Virus record (IMG/VR): IMGVR_UViG_3300012931_000015
Location: 64,001 to 128,000 of that record
Length of the DNA stretch: 64,000 bases
From: a virus
Strand: one strand, 5' to 3'
The position numbers and the translations under genes are program-made. Positions 55,082 through 64,000 of this stretch are shown piece after piece; position 1 is the stretch's first letter, and the number at the start of each line of letters is the position of its first letter. Under the pieces are notes generated by a model that ran no database searches, was not told the origin of the DNA, and saw only the letters and a program-made list of their open reading frames with translations.

Positions 55082-55274
55082 GAAAAACTTTTAAAAACTT
55101 AAAAAATATTTACAATTTACACTTATCACATCTGAATATAAATATTTGATTTCTTTTTTCCCAAACACAACTACTAAGAATCTCTTTATGGTAATTACAG
55201 AAAGGAAAGTTTAATTCATTTTTTGATAGATTAGAACAGACAGGATTACAAAGTTTTGATTTATCCACAACATT

Positions 55275-56678
55275 TTATTCTTTAAAAATAGTAAACCTAA
55301 AATAATTACCATCATATATATATTTCAATTTACCACCAACTTTACCCCTATTATATTTTAATACTTTGATTTCAATAATAGGCAACCCCCCACTTTCAAT
55401 TTCTAAGTCTTTTAAATCTTCTTCAAGCTGGTCATAATCGCTTATAAAAGCTTGTCTCATATATTCAAAATTCCATATATACAAAACTAATCTACTACCT
55501 GACGCTATTTCTGCACCACCTTTTATTGATTGAATAGTAGGTCTGTAATATTGAAGGTCTTTTACTTTTATAGCTTTACTATTATTACGCCATATATTTT
55601 CATTTTCTTGACATATATTTAAAATGTGTGTTTCTGTACTTTTAACAAGTCTTTGTAATTTATATACACAATTTTTTATTACCTTTGCGTCATCACCTTT
55701 TTCTGCAAAATCTAATAACATAGTTAATACATCTATTACTATAAAAACATATTTTTTACCAGTAATTGTTTGAACTTTTTTTATTAACATTTCTACATCT
55801 TTTATATATAAATTAGGATCATCAACAAGAAAAAAATTATTATATTGTCTCATTGAATGTGATACTAATTTTACATTATTATACTCATCTCTTGTTTTAA
55901 AATTCCCCATAGAAATAGTATTAAAGGTAATATCGGAACGCATTGAAGCTATTTTTTCCATAACAATATCTTTTGAATCTTCAAGACTTATGTATAATAT
56001 AGGAATACCAGAAGGAATTAAACCATTTATTAAATGTAAAGAAAAACTTGACTTTCCTGATCCTTTCTGACCAAACAACGTTGTCATCTCTTTTGGTCTT
56101 GCAGGATAGTTTAATAAAGCATCTAAATCTCTATCACCATAACTTGTTTTTATAGTTATTTTATTTTTTTCTTCGAGGCTGTTTAAAAAAAAGTCTTGTA
56201 ATCTATTTGAGTCCCACAATAATTCATCTGTATTTTTAATTTTAACCAGAGCGTCTTTTATATTATCAAGAGATTCTTCAAATTTATCTAGCCCTGTTGT
56301 TTCTCTTAAATTATTTGAATTGGTTAAATTAAATAAATCACTAAGAAGCTCATCATTTATTTTAAATCGAATATGATCTTTTTTCAGTAAATCAATTGCA
56401 TTTTCTATATTATCAAAGTTAAGAATATTATTATATATATCAGATATATGATGCTTTTCAATTTCTTTTCCACTTTCAATAATATTATTATAAAGTGTAT
56501 CTATATCAAATTGTTCTATTTTTTTATCATAGAGTAATAGAATACCACTTGATATATTTTTTGATTGGGGAAGATTAAAATATTCATTGACTTGTAAAAG
56601 ATCAACCCATTTATCTGGATTGTGCATGAAGTAGCTTAATACTCGTTGTTCATTATCTCTATTAACTGATATGCTCAA
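55275..56678 (-). CDS. DnaB-like replicative helicase
   Basis: GQKGSGKS Walker A, ISLED, IVID, ICQEN, IKGGAEI, KYNRG. Confidence 0.88.
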   Translation of the reverse strand: MSISVNRDNEQRVLSYFMHNPDKWVDLLQVNEYFNLPQSKNISSGILLLYDKKIEQFDIDTLYNNIIESGKEIEKHHISDIYNNILNFDNIENAIDLLKKDHIRFKINDELLSDLFNLTNSNNLRETTGLDKFEESLDNIKDALVKIKNTDELLWDSNRLQDFFLNSLEEKNKITIKTSYGDRDLDALLNYPARPKEMTTLFGQKGSGKSSFSLHLINGLIPSGIPILYISLEDSKDIVMEKIASMRSDITFNTISMGNFKTRDEYNNVKLVSHSMRQYNNFFLVDDPNLYIKDVEMLIKKVQTITGKKYVFIVIDVLTMLLDFAEKGDDAKVIKNCVYKLQRLVKSTETHILNICQENENIWRNNSKAIKVKDLQYYRPTIQSIKGGAEIASGSRLVLYIWNFEYMRQAFISDYDQLEEDLKDLEIESGGLPIIEIKVLKYNRGKVGGKLKYIYDGNYFRFTIFKE

Positions 56679-56742
56679 ATTGTGTGATCCTTTATCTTTT
56701 ACCTTTAAAATAAAACAAGCACTACTATTTCTAATAATGCTT

Positions 56743-56770
56743 ATTATAAACTATAATGCTTTGTTGTCAA
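56743..56770 (-). promoter_or_regulatory. sigma70-type promoter upstream of the helicase
   Basis: TTGACA-16 nt-TATAAT. Confidence 0.7.
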
Positions 56771-56789
56771 GCAAAAATATTAATTATTT

Positions 56790-56999
56790 TTATTTTCCTC
56801 TTTTGCTTTTTAAATCTGACTTAGCTTTTTTAAGTTCTTCGTCATATTGCTTTTTTGTTGCTTCTTCAAACTTTATCCATTTCCTATATAATTTCATCAT
56901 GTCATGCCCTTCGCTACTAGTCTCAACTTTATAACGAATCTTATATACCAACAAAAACTGGAGATTTTCCCACGACTCTCTGTCCATCGGCAGGTACAA
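56790..56999 (-). CDS. Small ORF overlapping the baseplate chaperone 3' end (possible frameshift extension)
   Basis: 59-nt overlap in the +1 frame. Confidence 0.5.
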   Translation of the reverse strand: MYLPMDRESWENLQFLLVYKIRYKVETSSEGHDMMKLYRKWIKFEEATKKQYDEELKKAKSDLKSKRGK

Positions 57000-58014
57000 A
57001 CAATAAATTTTGAAAAAGTAACCTCCTTGACTTTATTTCATGGCAAACCGAGCATTCAAGCTCATAGTCCTCCTTGAAACCCATTTTAAGGTCATCCATT
57101 TTCATAAACAAATTAGTTGTTATAGCTGGATCAATTTTTAAAAATTCTTTATATTTTCTTTCTCGTTCTACTTCTATATCATTTATATGAGTTAAACATT
57201 GTGCTCTTGTATAATGTACTAAAGCTTTTAATTTTTCTTCATCTAACTCTCTCTGCATTTTTTTTGTAATGTCTCTAAGCTCATCTTTTGTAATTCCTGC
57301 TTTAGTAAAGTTATCTATTTTTTTCTGTTTAACACCATACAATTCTTGAACTTTCTGTTTTGCAAAAATTACATCATTTATTCTAGTAAATCTAAAACTA
57401 TATTTTATAGGATTAAGTTCTTGCGTATCAGAATTAAATATTTCATCTTCAACTGTAATAGGCTCATGTACATTATCCGGTACGTTATAAATAATAATGT
57501 TTTTAAGATTTAGTGTATATTTTTCAATAACTCTTTCATCATCATATTTAACTTTTTCTTGACATTCACACACCCATGGAATATCAATAGAAGTTCTCCA
57601 AAAATGTGCTAAAATTGTAGCAAGTATTTCTGTAAACTCTTCCTGTGTACAATTACCACAATCAAAATCTTCATAGCAATTTTCATTAAGTATTCTAACA
57701 AGATTTTCAACTGTATTAACTTCATTAGACAAAGTCAAATCATTAAGTTGAAGCGTTGTATAATCTTTATAGTGAAGTGTTTGAGGTGCTGAAAACTTAC
57801 CTAAGCTATGCAGATTAACAGTTATATAACTACTCGGTACTAGATTAACTGATTTAGTATTATCGTAAGCACTGTTGTTATTAATGTTGTTTCCGGTTTT
57901 ATTTGTAAAACTTTCTAATACTTTTTGTTTTGTTTCGGGGGGTAAATTTGATTTATTTATAAAATCATTAATATCATTTTTACCATTATTATTTTTTTTA
58001 TTATCACCATTCAT
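56941..58014 (-). CDS. T4 gp26/gp51-like baseplate hub or tail assembly protein
   Basis: LHSLGKF, CEC and CSVC motifs, FRFTRIND, C-terminal LFVP. Confidence 0.55.
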   Translation of the reverse strand: MNGDNKKNNNGKNDINDFINKSNLPPETKQKVLESFTNKTGNNINNNSAYDNTKSVNLVPSSYITVNLHSLGKFSAPQTLHYKDYTTLQLNDLTLSNEVNTVENLVRILNENCYEDFDCGNCTQEEFTEILATILAHFWRTSIDIPWVCECQEKVKYDDERVIEKYTLNLKNIIIYNVPDNVHEPITVEDEIFNSDTQELNPIKYSFRFTRINDVIFAKQKVQELYGVKQKKIDNFTKAGITKDELRDITKKMQRELDEEKLKALVHYTRAQCLTHINDIEVERERKYKEFLKIDPAITTNLFMKMDDLKMGFKEDYELECSVCHEIKSRRLLFQNLLFVPADGQRVVGKSPVFVGI

Positions 58015-58141
58015 ACTTTTTCTTTTCTCCTTAAACTTTTAACCATTTTATTTTAATTTTTTATTTTTTTACCATACTTTGTTTAGTATAATATATGTCA
58101 AATCAACTTGTCTGTATGTTTAAATTTCCATCTATTATTAC

Positions 58142-58915
58142 TCATATAACATATTTCCAAGAAAACCCAAAAATACATTTATTTTCTTTAATTGATTTAT
58201 AAACTCTTCTATAATATTTCTTGTTTCCATATATTTTTTCTGCTCCATAAGCTTGGCAATCAAAAATTTCATTAGTTTCTAAACATAGAACTTTTTTAGA
58301 CATTGGATTATTTGCACCGGTATGTTTTCCTTTTTGAGATTTACTCATTTTTTCTAAAACATATTTACTTCGTTTTTTTCCTCTATTAGCAATTCCTATT
58401 TTTTTAGCGTGCTCTTCATTTCTAATAGTATTTCTTATAGTTTCGTGTGCATTCAATAGACCCATTTTCATTCGTAATATTGAAACATCATTCATATTAT
58501 CATAACCAATTTTTAATTTTCTTTTACGATCCTCACTAAGCTTTTTACCAAACATAGGACTTTTTTCTCCTATTCTCTTTGAATTATTCTTACTTAATTT
58601 ATTTCGTATTTCTTTCATTTCTTCTTCTGTTTTTCCTAAAAAAGTATTACCTCCATCTCCACCACTAGCAATATTATAACCTATATTTCTATTTGTAGCA
58701 TTAAGCTCTTTAATCCAGAATTTTTCTAATTCATTTAATATATTATTATCTACTATATTATCTTCTAATATTTCTTTTTTAAAATTTTCTTTACCATATT
58801 TTTTAATAGCTTTATTAATATTAATACCAGACCCAAAATAATCAGGATTACAACAAGAGTCTTTACCAACATAAATTTTATTATTTATTAAATTTATTAT
58901 TTTATAAATTTGCAT
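58142..58915 (-). CDS. GIY-YIG homing endonuclease with NUMOD-type repeats
   Basis: QIYKIINLINNKIYVG, YFGSG, KYGKENF, GYNIASGG. Confidence 0.92.
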   Translation of the reverse strand: MQIYKIINLINNKIYVGKDSCCNPDYFGSGININKAIKKYGKENFKKEILEDNIVDNNILNELEKFWIKELNATNRNIGYNIASGGDGGNTFLGKTEEEMKEIRNKLSKNNSKRIGEKSPMFGKKLSEDRKRKLKIGYDNMNDVSILRMKMGLLNAHETIRNTIRNEEHAKKIGIANRGKKRSKYVLEKMSKSQKGKHTGANNPMSKKVLCLETNEIFDCQAYGAEKIYGNKKYYRRVYKSIKENKCIFGFSWKYVI

Positions 58916-58919
58916 AATT

Positions 58920-59600
58920 TTACCATATTTTTTCCAATATAGATATAATCAATATTATTTGTTTTTCAGAAAACTTCCAACGAATCCCATTCACTTTTGA
59001 AAACCATTCAAAAGGTGTATTATGTCTCTCCTCACTCATTGAGCAAAAATCTGCACACATTTCAGCAACATAAATATCAGGCATCTTGGTAGCATCTATC
59101 ATTCCATTAGGAATAGTAGTTCCATCACGACTATTAATATCTAAAATATTTTCTTTTCTATCTTGCCAATACTCCGGGTGGTGTGGGCTATTCGTTACGT
59201 GGTGCTCCGTTGCTTTATACAAATTTTTTCTAATATCATCTGAAATATCAAACTTAATTTTATTATCGTTGCAATAGTAATCCCAAGTAATAATTATATA
59301 AGGTGTTAATTCAGGTTCTTCTAATTTTAATTTATCGTGATACCTTGCATTTTCAATTAAACCTATAAATCTATCACCAAATTTATCTTGAATAATTCTA
59401 CAATATTTTTGAACTAAATTTATATGATTGTGTGTTCTTTTATAATACCAATTAGTCATTTCAGGTGTTATAATTTTAGAAAGGGGATTATCAACTGAAG
59501 ATACATAAATAATATCATTTTCTTTTAAATCAATATTATCTAATCGTATATTTTCTTTTATCTTTAATTTATAAAGTTTTTTCATTTTATAATATTCCAA
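58920..59600 (-). CDS. HD-domain hydrolase (DUF5662-like)
   Basis: H...YHDKLK...HH...HHPEYW...EMCAD. Confidence 0.7.
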   Translation of the reverse strand: MEYYKMKKLYKLKIKENIRLDNIDLKENDIIYVSSVDNPLSKIITPEMTNWYYKRTHNHINLVQKYCRIIQDKFGDRFIGLIENARYHDKLKLEEPELTPYIIITWDYYCNDNKIKFDISDDIRKNLYKATEHHVTNSPHHPEYWQDRKENILDINSRDGTTIPNGMIDATKMPDIYVAEMCADFCSMSEERHNTPFEWFSKVNGIRWKFSEKQIILIISILEKIW

Positions 59601-60015
59601 ATTCTCTTATACTTATCCATTTAGAAGTAGTTTTTTCTTTCCCATCATACACATCAAAGTATTTTATTACTTTATTATTAATTTCTAAAACATTACAATA
59701 GTGTCCTGTATTCAAATAAGGGACTTGAATTGCTAAAAAATTATTTCCTCTTGGCATAGGAATTTGAGGGGATAAATATTTTATCATAGAATATCCGGTA
59801 GCTTTCTGAAAAGCATTCCAAACAATATAACCATTATCAAAGCAACCACTTTTTTTAAGAAACTCTGCAAAAGTTTGAGGTGTATAATTGAATCCTTTAT
59901 TATTAAGCTCATTAGTAATAGTTGTTAATAAACAACCATAAACGCCAATTGAAGTTCCTTTATCATACTCATAATTTTTCCATAGGGGGTCTGACTGTAA
60001 ATATCTTGTTATCAT
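59587..60015 (-). CDS. C39-like papain-fold peptidase
   Basis: YLQSDPLW, GCLLT, GHY, FDVY (Q, C, H, D residues). Confidence 0.75.
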   Translation of the reverse strand: MITRYLQSDPLWKNYEYDKGTSIGVYGCLLTTITNELNNKGFNYTPQTFAEFLKKSGCFDNGYIVWNAFQKATGYSMIKYLSPQIPMPRGNNFLAIQVPYLNTGHYCNVLEINNKVIKYFDVYDGKEKTTSKWISIREFGIL

Positions 60016-60240
60016 ATATTTTTCCTTTTATTTTTTTACCATTTGAACATTATACAATGTATTACAAAAGCAACAAAACTAAAACCAAATACATAAAACA
60101 TCCACGGATAAATACTACCATCAATTGTCTTTTTAATGCTCAAATACAAATAAATTGCTGTTGAAAGCATTATACCACCAAACAACACTCTTACTAAGAA
60201 AGAAAGAATTTCCATAACTTTATTTTACCTCTTTTATACT

Positions 60241-60597
60241 TTAATTTATTTCTTCATAAGTTTCTTTAAAAATATCTGGTTTACAAGGATAAAATTCTCC
60301 GGCTATACCTTTAATTATATAATCTCCAATAGAAGCTAAATGATTCCCTTCCAAAGTAAATATTTTCAACCCGTTTTCTTTCACAACCTGTTCATAATCT
60401 TTCCATGACCATTTTTTTGCAGAATCATGTAAACCTGTAAAAGCAATAATTTCTTTTAAATTATCACCTTTCCAAATAATAAACTCTACCTTAACAGGTT
60501 TTTTTACAGCTTTGCCTATTTTAATACTACTACAAAACATTTCAATGCCTCTACAGTAGTAATAGGCGGAACAATTTTTACATTCATAATTAATCAT
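60241..60597 (-). CDS. Widely conserved phage protein
   Basis: KKPV...TLEG...GDYIIKG..GEFYPCKPDIF..TYE. Confidence 0.75.
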   Translation of the reverse strand: MINYECKNCSAYYYCRGIEMFCSSIKIGKAVKKPVKVEFIIWKGDNLKEIIAFTGLHDSAKKWSWKDYEQVVKENGLKIFTLEGNHLASIGDYIIKGIAGEFYPCKPDIFKETYEEIN

Positions 60598-60615
60598 TTT
60601 TATATCCTTTATATT

Positions 60616-61080
60616 TTATTCTACACCAAAAATGAATTTTATTCCTTTTGTTGCCAAAGCTTTTTGACCTTCTGAATTATCCTTTGAAGATATACGCATC
60701 GTGTCAAATTGATCTGGTTCTAACTGTCTAAACCTGTGGTAGTTATCAGTAGTATCTACTTTTCCATATTTATATCCATGATCTTTAAGCCAAGCTTTAC
60801 TTTCACCCACACTAAATTTGTTGACATCAAATAAAATTGATTGAACTTCAGAAGCCTCTTTTAACTTCATTTCAACATATAATACATCGCCTTTCTTCAA
60901 TGTCAAGCTTTTTTCTAAAAAAATATCTCTATCTGCTATAAGTTTTACTAACTTTTTACTTTCTATCATGCCATCTATAACATCTTTTTTCTTCTTTTCT
61001 GTGCCTTGATTTTCTGGAACATCCACTGACCCTGTAATATCGCTTGAAACTTCTAATTCATTTAAGTTTTTATTTTTCAT
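60616..61080 (-). CDS. Probable virion/head-associated protein
   Basis: Start re-chosen at MKNKNLNE; (L/I)xE motifs; VQSILFD...WL..H...VD....RFRQ domain. Confidence 0.45.
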   Translation of the reverse strand: MKNKNLNELEVSSDITGSVDVPENQGTEKKKKDVIDGMIESKKLVKLIADRDIFLEKSLTLKKGDVLYVEMKLKEASEVQSILFDVNKFSVGESKAWLKDHGYKYGKVDTTDNYHRFRQLEPDQFDTMRISSKDNSEGQKALATKGIKFIFGVE

Positions 61081-61093
61081 AACTTTATAGTCC

Positions 61094-62038
61094 TTATTTA
61101 TTATTTTGGTTAAAAATGTAATCAAAAACATTAGCAGATATTTTTTCTGGTAGAATATCATACAAATTATATTCTAAGACAAAATTCCAATCTAGTTTAT
61201 CTAGTTTTTCTAAATTTTCTTTTTTAGGTATTAGTCTTAGATTCTTTAAAGACCAACAATTTTTAAAGTCTAAATCATTCATAGAAGTATATTCGTATTT
61301 TGAATGAGGAATAATATGATCCACGTGCAAAACATCTTTTTTAAGAAAATCATCAACAGTATAACCATAAGGAAGAGTAGATAATAGATGATTAATTAAT
61401 TCTTCGGGTGTATAAGACAGAGCTTCAAAAGTTGGTTTTTCTTTTGATTTACCTTTTAGTGCATCTCTTATATTTTTGGAAGTTCTTCGCTTAATTTTAA
61501 ACACTAAATCTTCTTTATATTTCTCATTTCTTCGCTTATTGTTTCTTTTATTAACCTCTTTTCTATTTTTCTTTTTATATTCTTTACTTTTTTCTATAAG
61601 TTCTTTTCTATTTTTTTGATAATATTTCTGTCTGTATTCTTTTTCTTTTTCTTGAGTTTCTGGACTTTGCCTGTATTTTCTTTTTCTTTGCAAAATAATT
61701 TCTCTATTTTCTTCATAATATTGTTTTGACTTTTCTTTATTATTTTTATGATACTCTCTATCTCTTTCATTTAATTTTTCTTTGTTTTTTTCTCTATACT
61801 GTTTTGCATAATTAAGTTTTTTATCTCTATTATTCTTATAATATTCTTTTTGTTTTTCTGATATTTTATTTTTATTTTTGTTATAAGATTCTTTTTTCTT
61901 TTGTTTTACTTTATCATTATTTTCTAATCTATATTTTTTATTATATTCTTTTGCCCATGCTTTAAGTTTTTCTTTATTTTTTTCCTTATATTTTTTTTGG
62001 GATTCTTTTCTTTTAATTTTTCTTTCTTCTTCTGTCAT
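61094..62038 (-). CDS. HNH-type endonuclease with a Lys/Glu-rich helical N-terminus
   Basis: LHVDHIIP...CWSLKNLRLI...ENLEK. Confidence 0.8.
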   Translation of the reverse strand: MTEEERKIKRKESQKKYKEKNKEKLKAWAKEYNKKYRLENNDKVKQKKKESYNKNKNKISEKQKEYYKNNRDKKLNYAKQYREKNKEKLNERDREYHKNNKEKSKQYYEENREIILQRKRKYRQSPETQEKEKEYRQKYYQKNRKELIEKSKEYKKKNRKEVNKRNNKRRNEKYKEDLVFKIKRRTSKNIRDALKGKSKEKPTFEALSYTPEELINHLLSTLPYGYTVDDFLKKDVLHVDHIIPHSKYEYTSMNDLDFKNCWSLKNLRLIPKKENLEKLDKLDWNFVLEYNLYDILPEKISANVFDYIFNQNNK

Positions 62039-62049
62039 ATATTTTCTCT

Positions 62050-62553
62050 TTAAGGAATTTGAAGAGCACCATATCCATTTAAAGGAAACATTGGAAAAAT
62101 TTCACTGACACTGAAATGCGCTGAAATTAATAATGTATCATCCCCACTATAATCTAAACTTAATGTGTCTCTACCCATATAACGAAGTCCCGTGAATCGA
62201 AAAGAAATAGTTGGTATTCCTATATCAAGGTCATCCATCATTAAAATTGCTGTTTGCTTTGCCAGTCTCTGGTTATCACGAAACACTTTTGTCTCAAAAT
62301 TCCATGAAAGGGCTTCCAGTGTCCCCAAAAACATCTGAATAGTTCCAAGTGTATCTTCTATAAATGTAATTGTTATATCTTCTAAAAATTCAAAACCTGT
62401 AATACATTTAGTTTGTTCATCAACAGTAAAATTATAAGTAGGTATGCTACATTGTGTAATATACGGACTTACGAAAGGAAAGGTTGGAAAAAGCATAACC
62501 CATCTATTTTTATTTTGATCTTGAATGCTATATTGTACATCTAAAATATTCAC
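62050..62553 (-). CDS. Tail-tube-like (T4 gp19/gp54-like) structural protein
   Basis: Beta-rich; NRW, CSIP, ITITFIED, LDYS...AHF pattern. Confidence 0.55.
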   Translation of the reverse strand: MNILDVQYSIQDQNKNRWVMLFPTFPFVSPYITQCSIPTYNFTVDEQTKCITGFEFLEDITITFIEDTLGTIQMFLGTLEALSWNFETKVFRDNQRLAKQTAILMMDDLDIGIPTISFRFTGLRYMGRDTLSLDYSGDDTLLISAHFSVSEIFPMFPLNGYGALQIP

Positions 62554-62603
62554 AAAATTATACCTTAAAGTAATTATATATACTTTTATTAGTATCTAAA
62601 AAC

Positions 62604-62641
62604 AAAAAAACTTCCATCTACAAATAAATATAGACAGAAGC
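62604..62641 (-). terminator. Intrinsic terminator
   Basis: GCTTCTGTCTATA/TGTAGATGGAAGT stem followed by a T run. Confidence 0.8.
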
Positions 62642-62686
62642 TTTTTAAAACATAAAAATACTATTAAACAGAAAACTTAATCTAAG

Positions 62687-62965
62687 TTAAGCTTTTTCCC
62701 AGAAAAGTACCGTTATAATATCACCAGCAGTTAAATTAGCACTACCAGCATCACCAATTGTTATACTACCAGTAGTAGTAGAAAAACTAGCTGTAAAGCC
62801 CGGTATATCAACGCCTGAACGTCTTACCTGCCAGATAAAACTAATATCTGCTATTGTAACATACTCTGTAGGATCATATAAATTAATAACGATAGCATTT
62901 GCCGAAGCTTCTGCTGAAGTTACTGTGTCCTCAAAAGTAATAATATCTCTATAACTCTTTGCCAT
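62687..62965 (-). CDS. Probable small virion structural protein
   Basis: Ala/Thr/Ser/Gly-rich beta composition, strong SD, own terminator. Confidence 0.5.
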   Translation of the reverse strand: MAKSYRDIITFEDTVTSAEASANAIVINLYDPTEYVTIADISFIWQVRRSGVDIPGFTASFSTTTGSITIGDAGSANLTAGDIITVLFWEKA

Positions 62966-63593
62966 TTTTATTGTTCTCCTTAAAATTTTAAATTACAGTT
63001 TTTCACTTTGTTATATTAGTAATCTATTTTAATAAAAGTTAAAAACTATTTTTCTTTGTTATCCGAAATAACTCTTTTTAAATCATCAATAGTTCTTTTG
63101 AACTTTCTAAAATTAGTTTTGTAATAAGCATCTTTTTCTTCTTTTGTAATGTCAAGTTCAAAAGCAATCTTTCCATTAACTGTCTCATCTGATAAAACAT
63201 AATCTTTTTTTAAAACTACTACACAATAAGCTACTAAATCTAAATCAGTTGTTGTTACCATTTTTTATTTTCCTTTTATCTATTTATTTTAAATATATAA
63301 TTTTAATATTTTATTTTTTTTGAATTTTTTTTGATAAATCAATAGCTTTATTTAATATATCAATTATATTTTTGTATTTTCCATTAAAATCTGTTATATT
63401 TAATCTCATTATAACATAAGTAAGAGTTTCTATCATTGCTGGTATATCACTATACTTAAACAATTCATCTTCAAGTCTTGCAATAGTATCATAATTTTCT
63501 TTTATTCTTAATTTACTTTCGAGTTTATTTATTTCTTCTTTTATTTTGTTGATTTCTTCTAAAGATTTTTTCATATTTTTATTTTCCTTTTTG

Positions 63594-64000
63594 TTAAATA
63601 CCTGTTCCACTAAAATCAACCGTAAGCGGAGTATTATCTAAATCATTACTTGCAATACTTATAGTTGCTGTTTTTAATCCTGTTGATAATGGTTTAAATC
63701 TAATTTTTAGAATCTGAACACCATCAGGTATAGTCTCTTCCTGTAATAGATCACCACTCTTAACAAAAGTAAAATCGGTTGTATCTCCAGTCATTGTTAC
63801 TTTATCGGGTGTTCCTGTAAATTTCAATATACCACTACCAGTATTTGATAATTTTAATTCAACAAAGGTTATAGTATTAACTTCTTTGCTACCAAAAGCA
63901 TAACTATCGCCATCAATGATATTTTTATTTCCAATTTCTACTGTAAGTTCCGGTACAACACGAACTACATCACCTACAAATTTACAATATCCTTCTGTAC
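63594..64000 (-). CDS. Virion protein with an Ig-like (ASH/choice-of-anchor D-like) domain, partial
   Basis: Frame open to the window end: YAFG...LSNTGSGIL...IRFKP...KTATISIASND. Confidence 0.7.
   Translation of the reverse strand, partial: TEGYCKFVGDVVRVVPELTVEIGNKNIIDGDSYAFGSKEVNTITFVELKLSNTGSGILKFTGTPDKVTMTGDTTDFTFVKSGDLLQEETIPDGVQILKIRFKPLSTGLKTATISIASNDLDNTPLTVDFSGTGI

Noticed and set aside
536-60164. Plus-strand ORFs in the track other than tnpB
   Set aside because: They are Phe/Leu/Ile/Ser-rich shadows lying antisense to well-supported minus-strand genes and show no motifs.
61550-62038. Apparent tandem repeats in T-rich DNA (also about 250-600)
   Set aside because: They reflect low-complexity Lys/Glu/Tyr helical protein repeats in HNH endonucleases, not DNA arrays.
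1-64000. Stop-codon reassignment (alternative genetic code)
   Set aside because: Long genes are intact in the standard code, TAA, TAG and TGA all end genes, and I found only one internal stop.

Overview
A 64 kb piece of a very AT-rich large (jumbo-type, probably myovirus-like) bacteriophage genome read with the standard code. Almost every gene is on the minus strand, densely packed, with Shine-Dalgarno sites and sigma70-type promoters. It encodes DNA and nucleotide metabolism (class II ribonucleotide reductase with an intein, thioredoxin, DnaB-like helicase, MazG-like and HAD hydrolases, two adenine MTases of which one has an internal stop). It also carries RNA repair and translation support (Pnkp, RNA ligase, Pth2, 11 tRNAs), about ten scattered glycan-modifying enzymes, four free-standing endonucleases plus one remnant, a tnpA-less IS200/IS605 TnpB element (the only credible plus-strand gene), the edge of a structural module, and many small hypothetical ORFs. 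The best candidate for an undescribed system lies upstream of the tRNA array. There a consensus promoter is followed by an unannotated 45-codon leader ORF, a mutually exclusive antiterminator/terminator pair and then the tRNAs. The leader has codons for all 11 tRNAs, including a run of 11 consecutive ones just before the switch. This suggests a ribosome-sensing attenuator that turns phage tRNAs on when host tRNAs fail. Other highlights: the TnpB guide matches a reconstructable empty site, there are two unexplained structured RNAs, one gene is enclosed by a 16-bp inverted repeat, and there is a candidate +1 frameshift. All protein calls come from motif recognition, not database searches.
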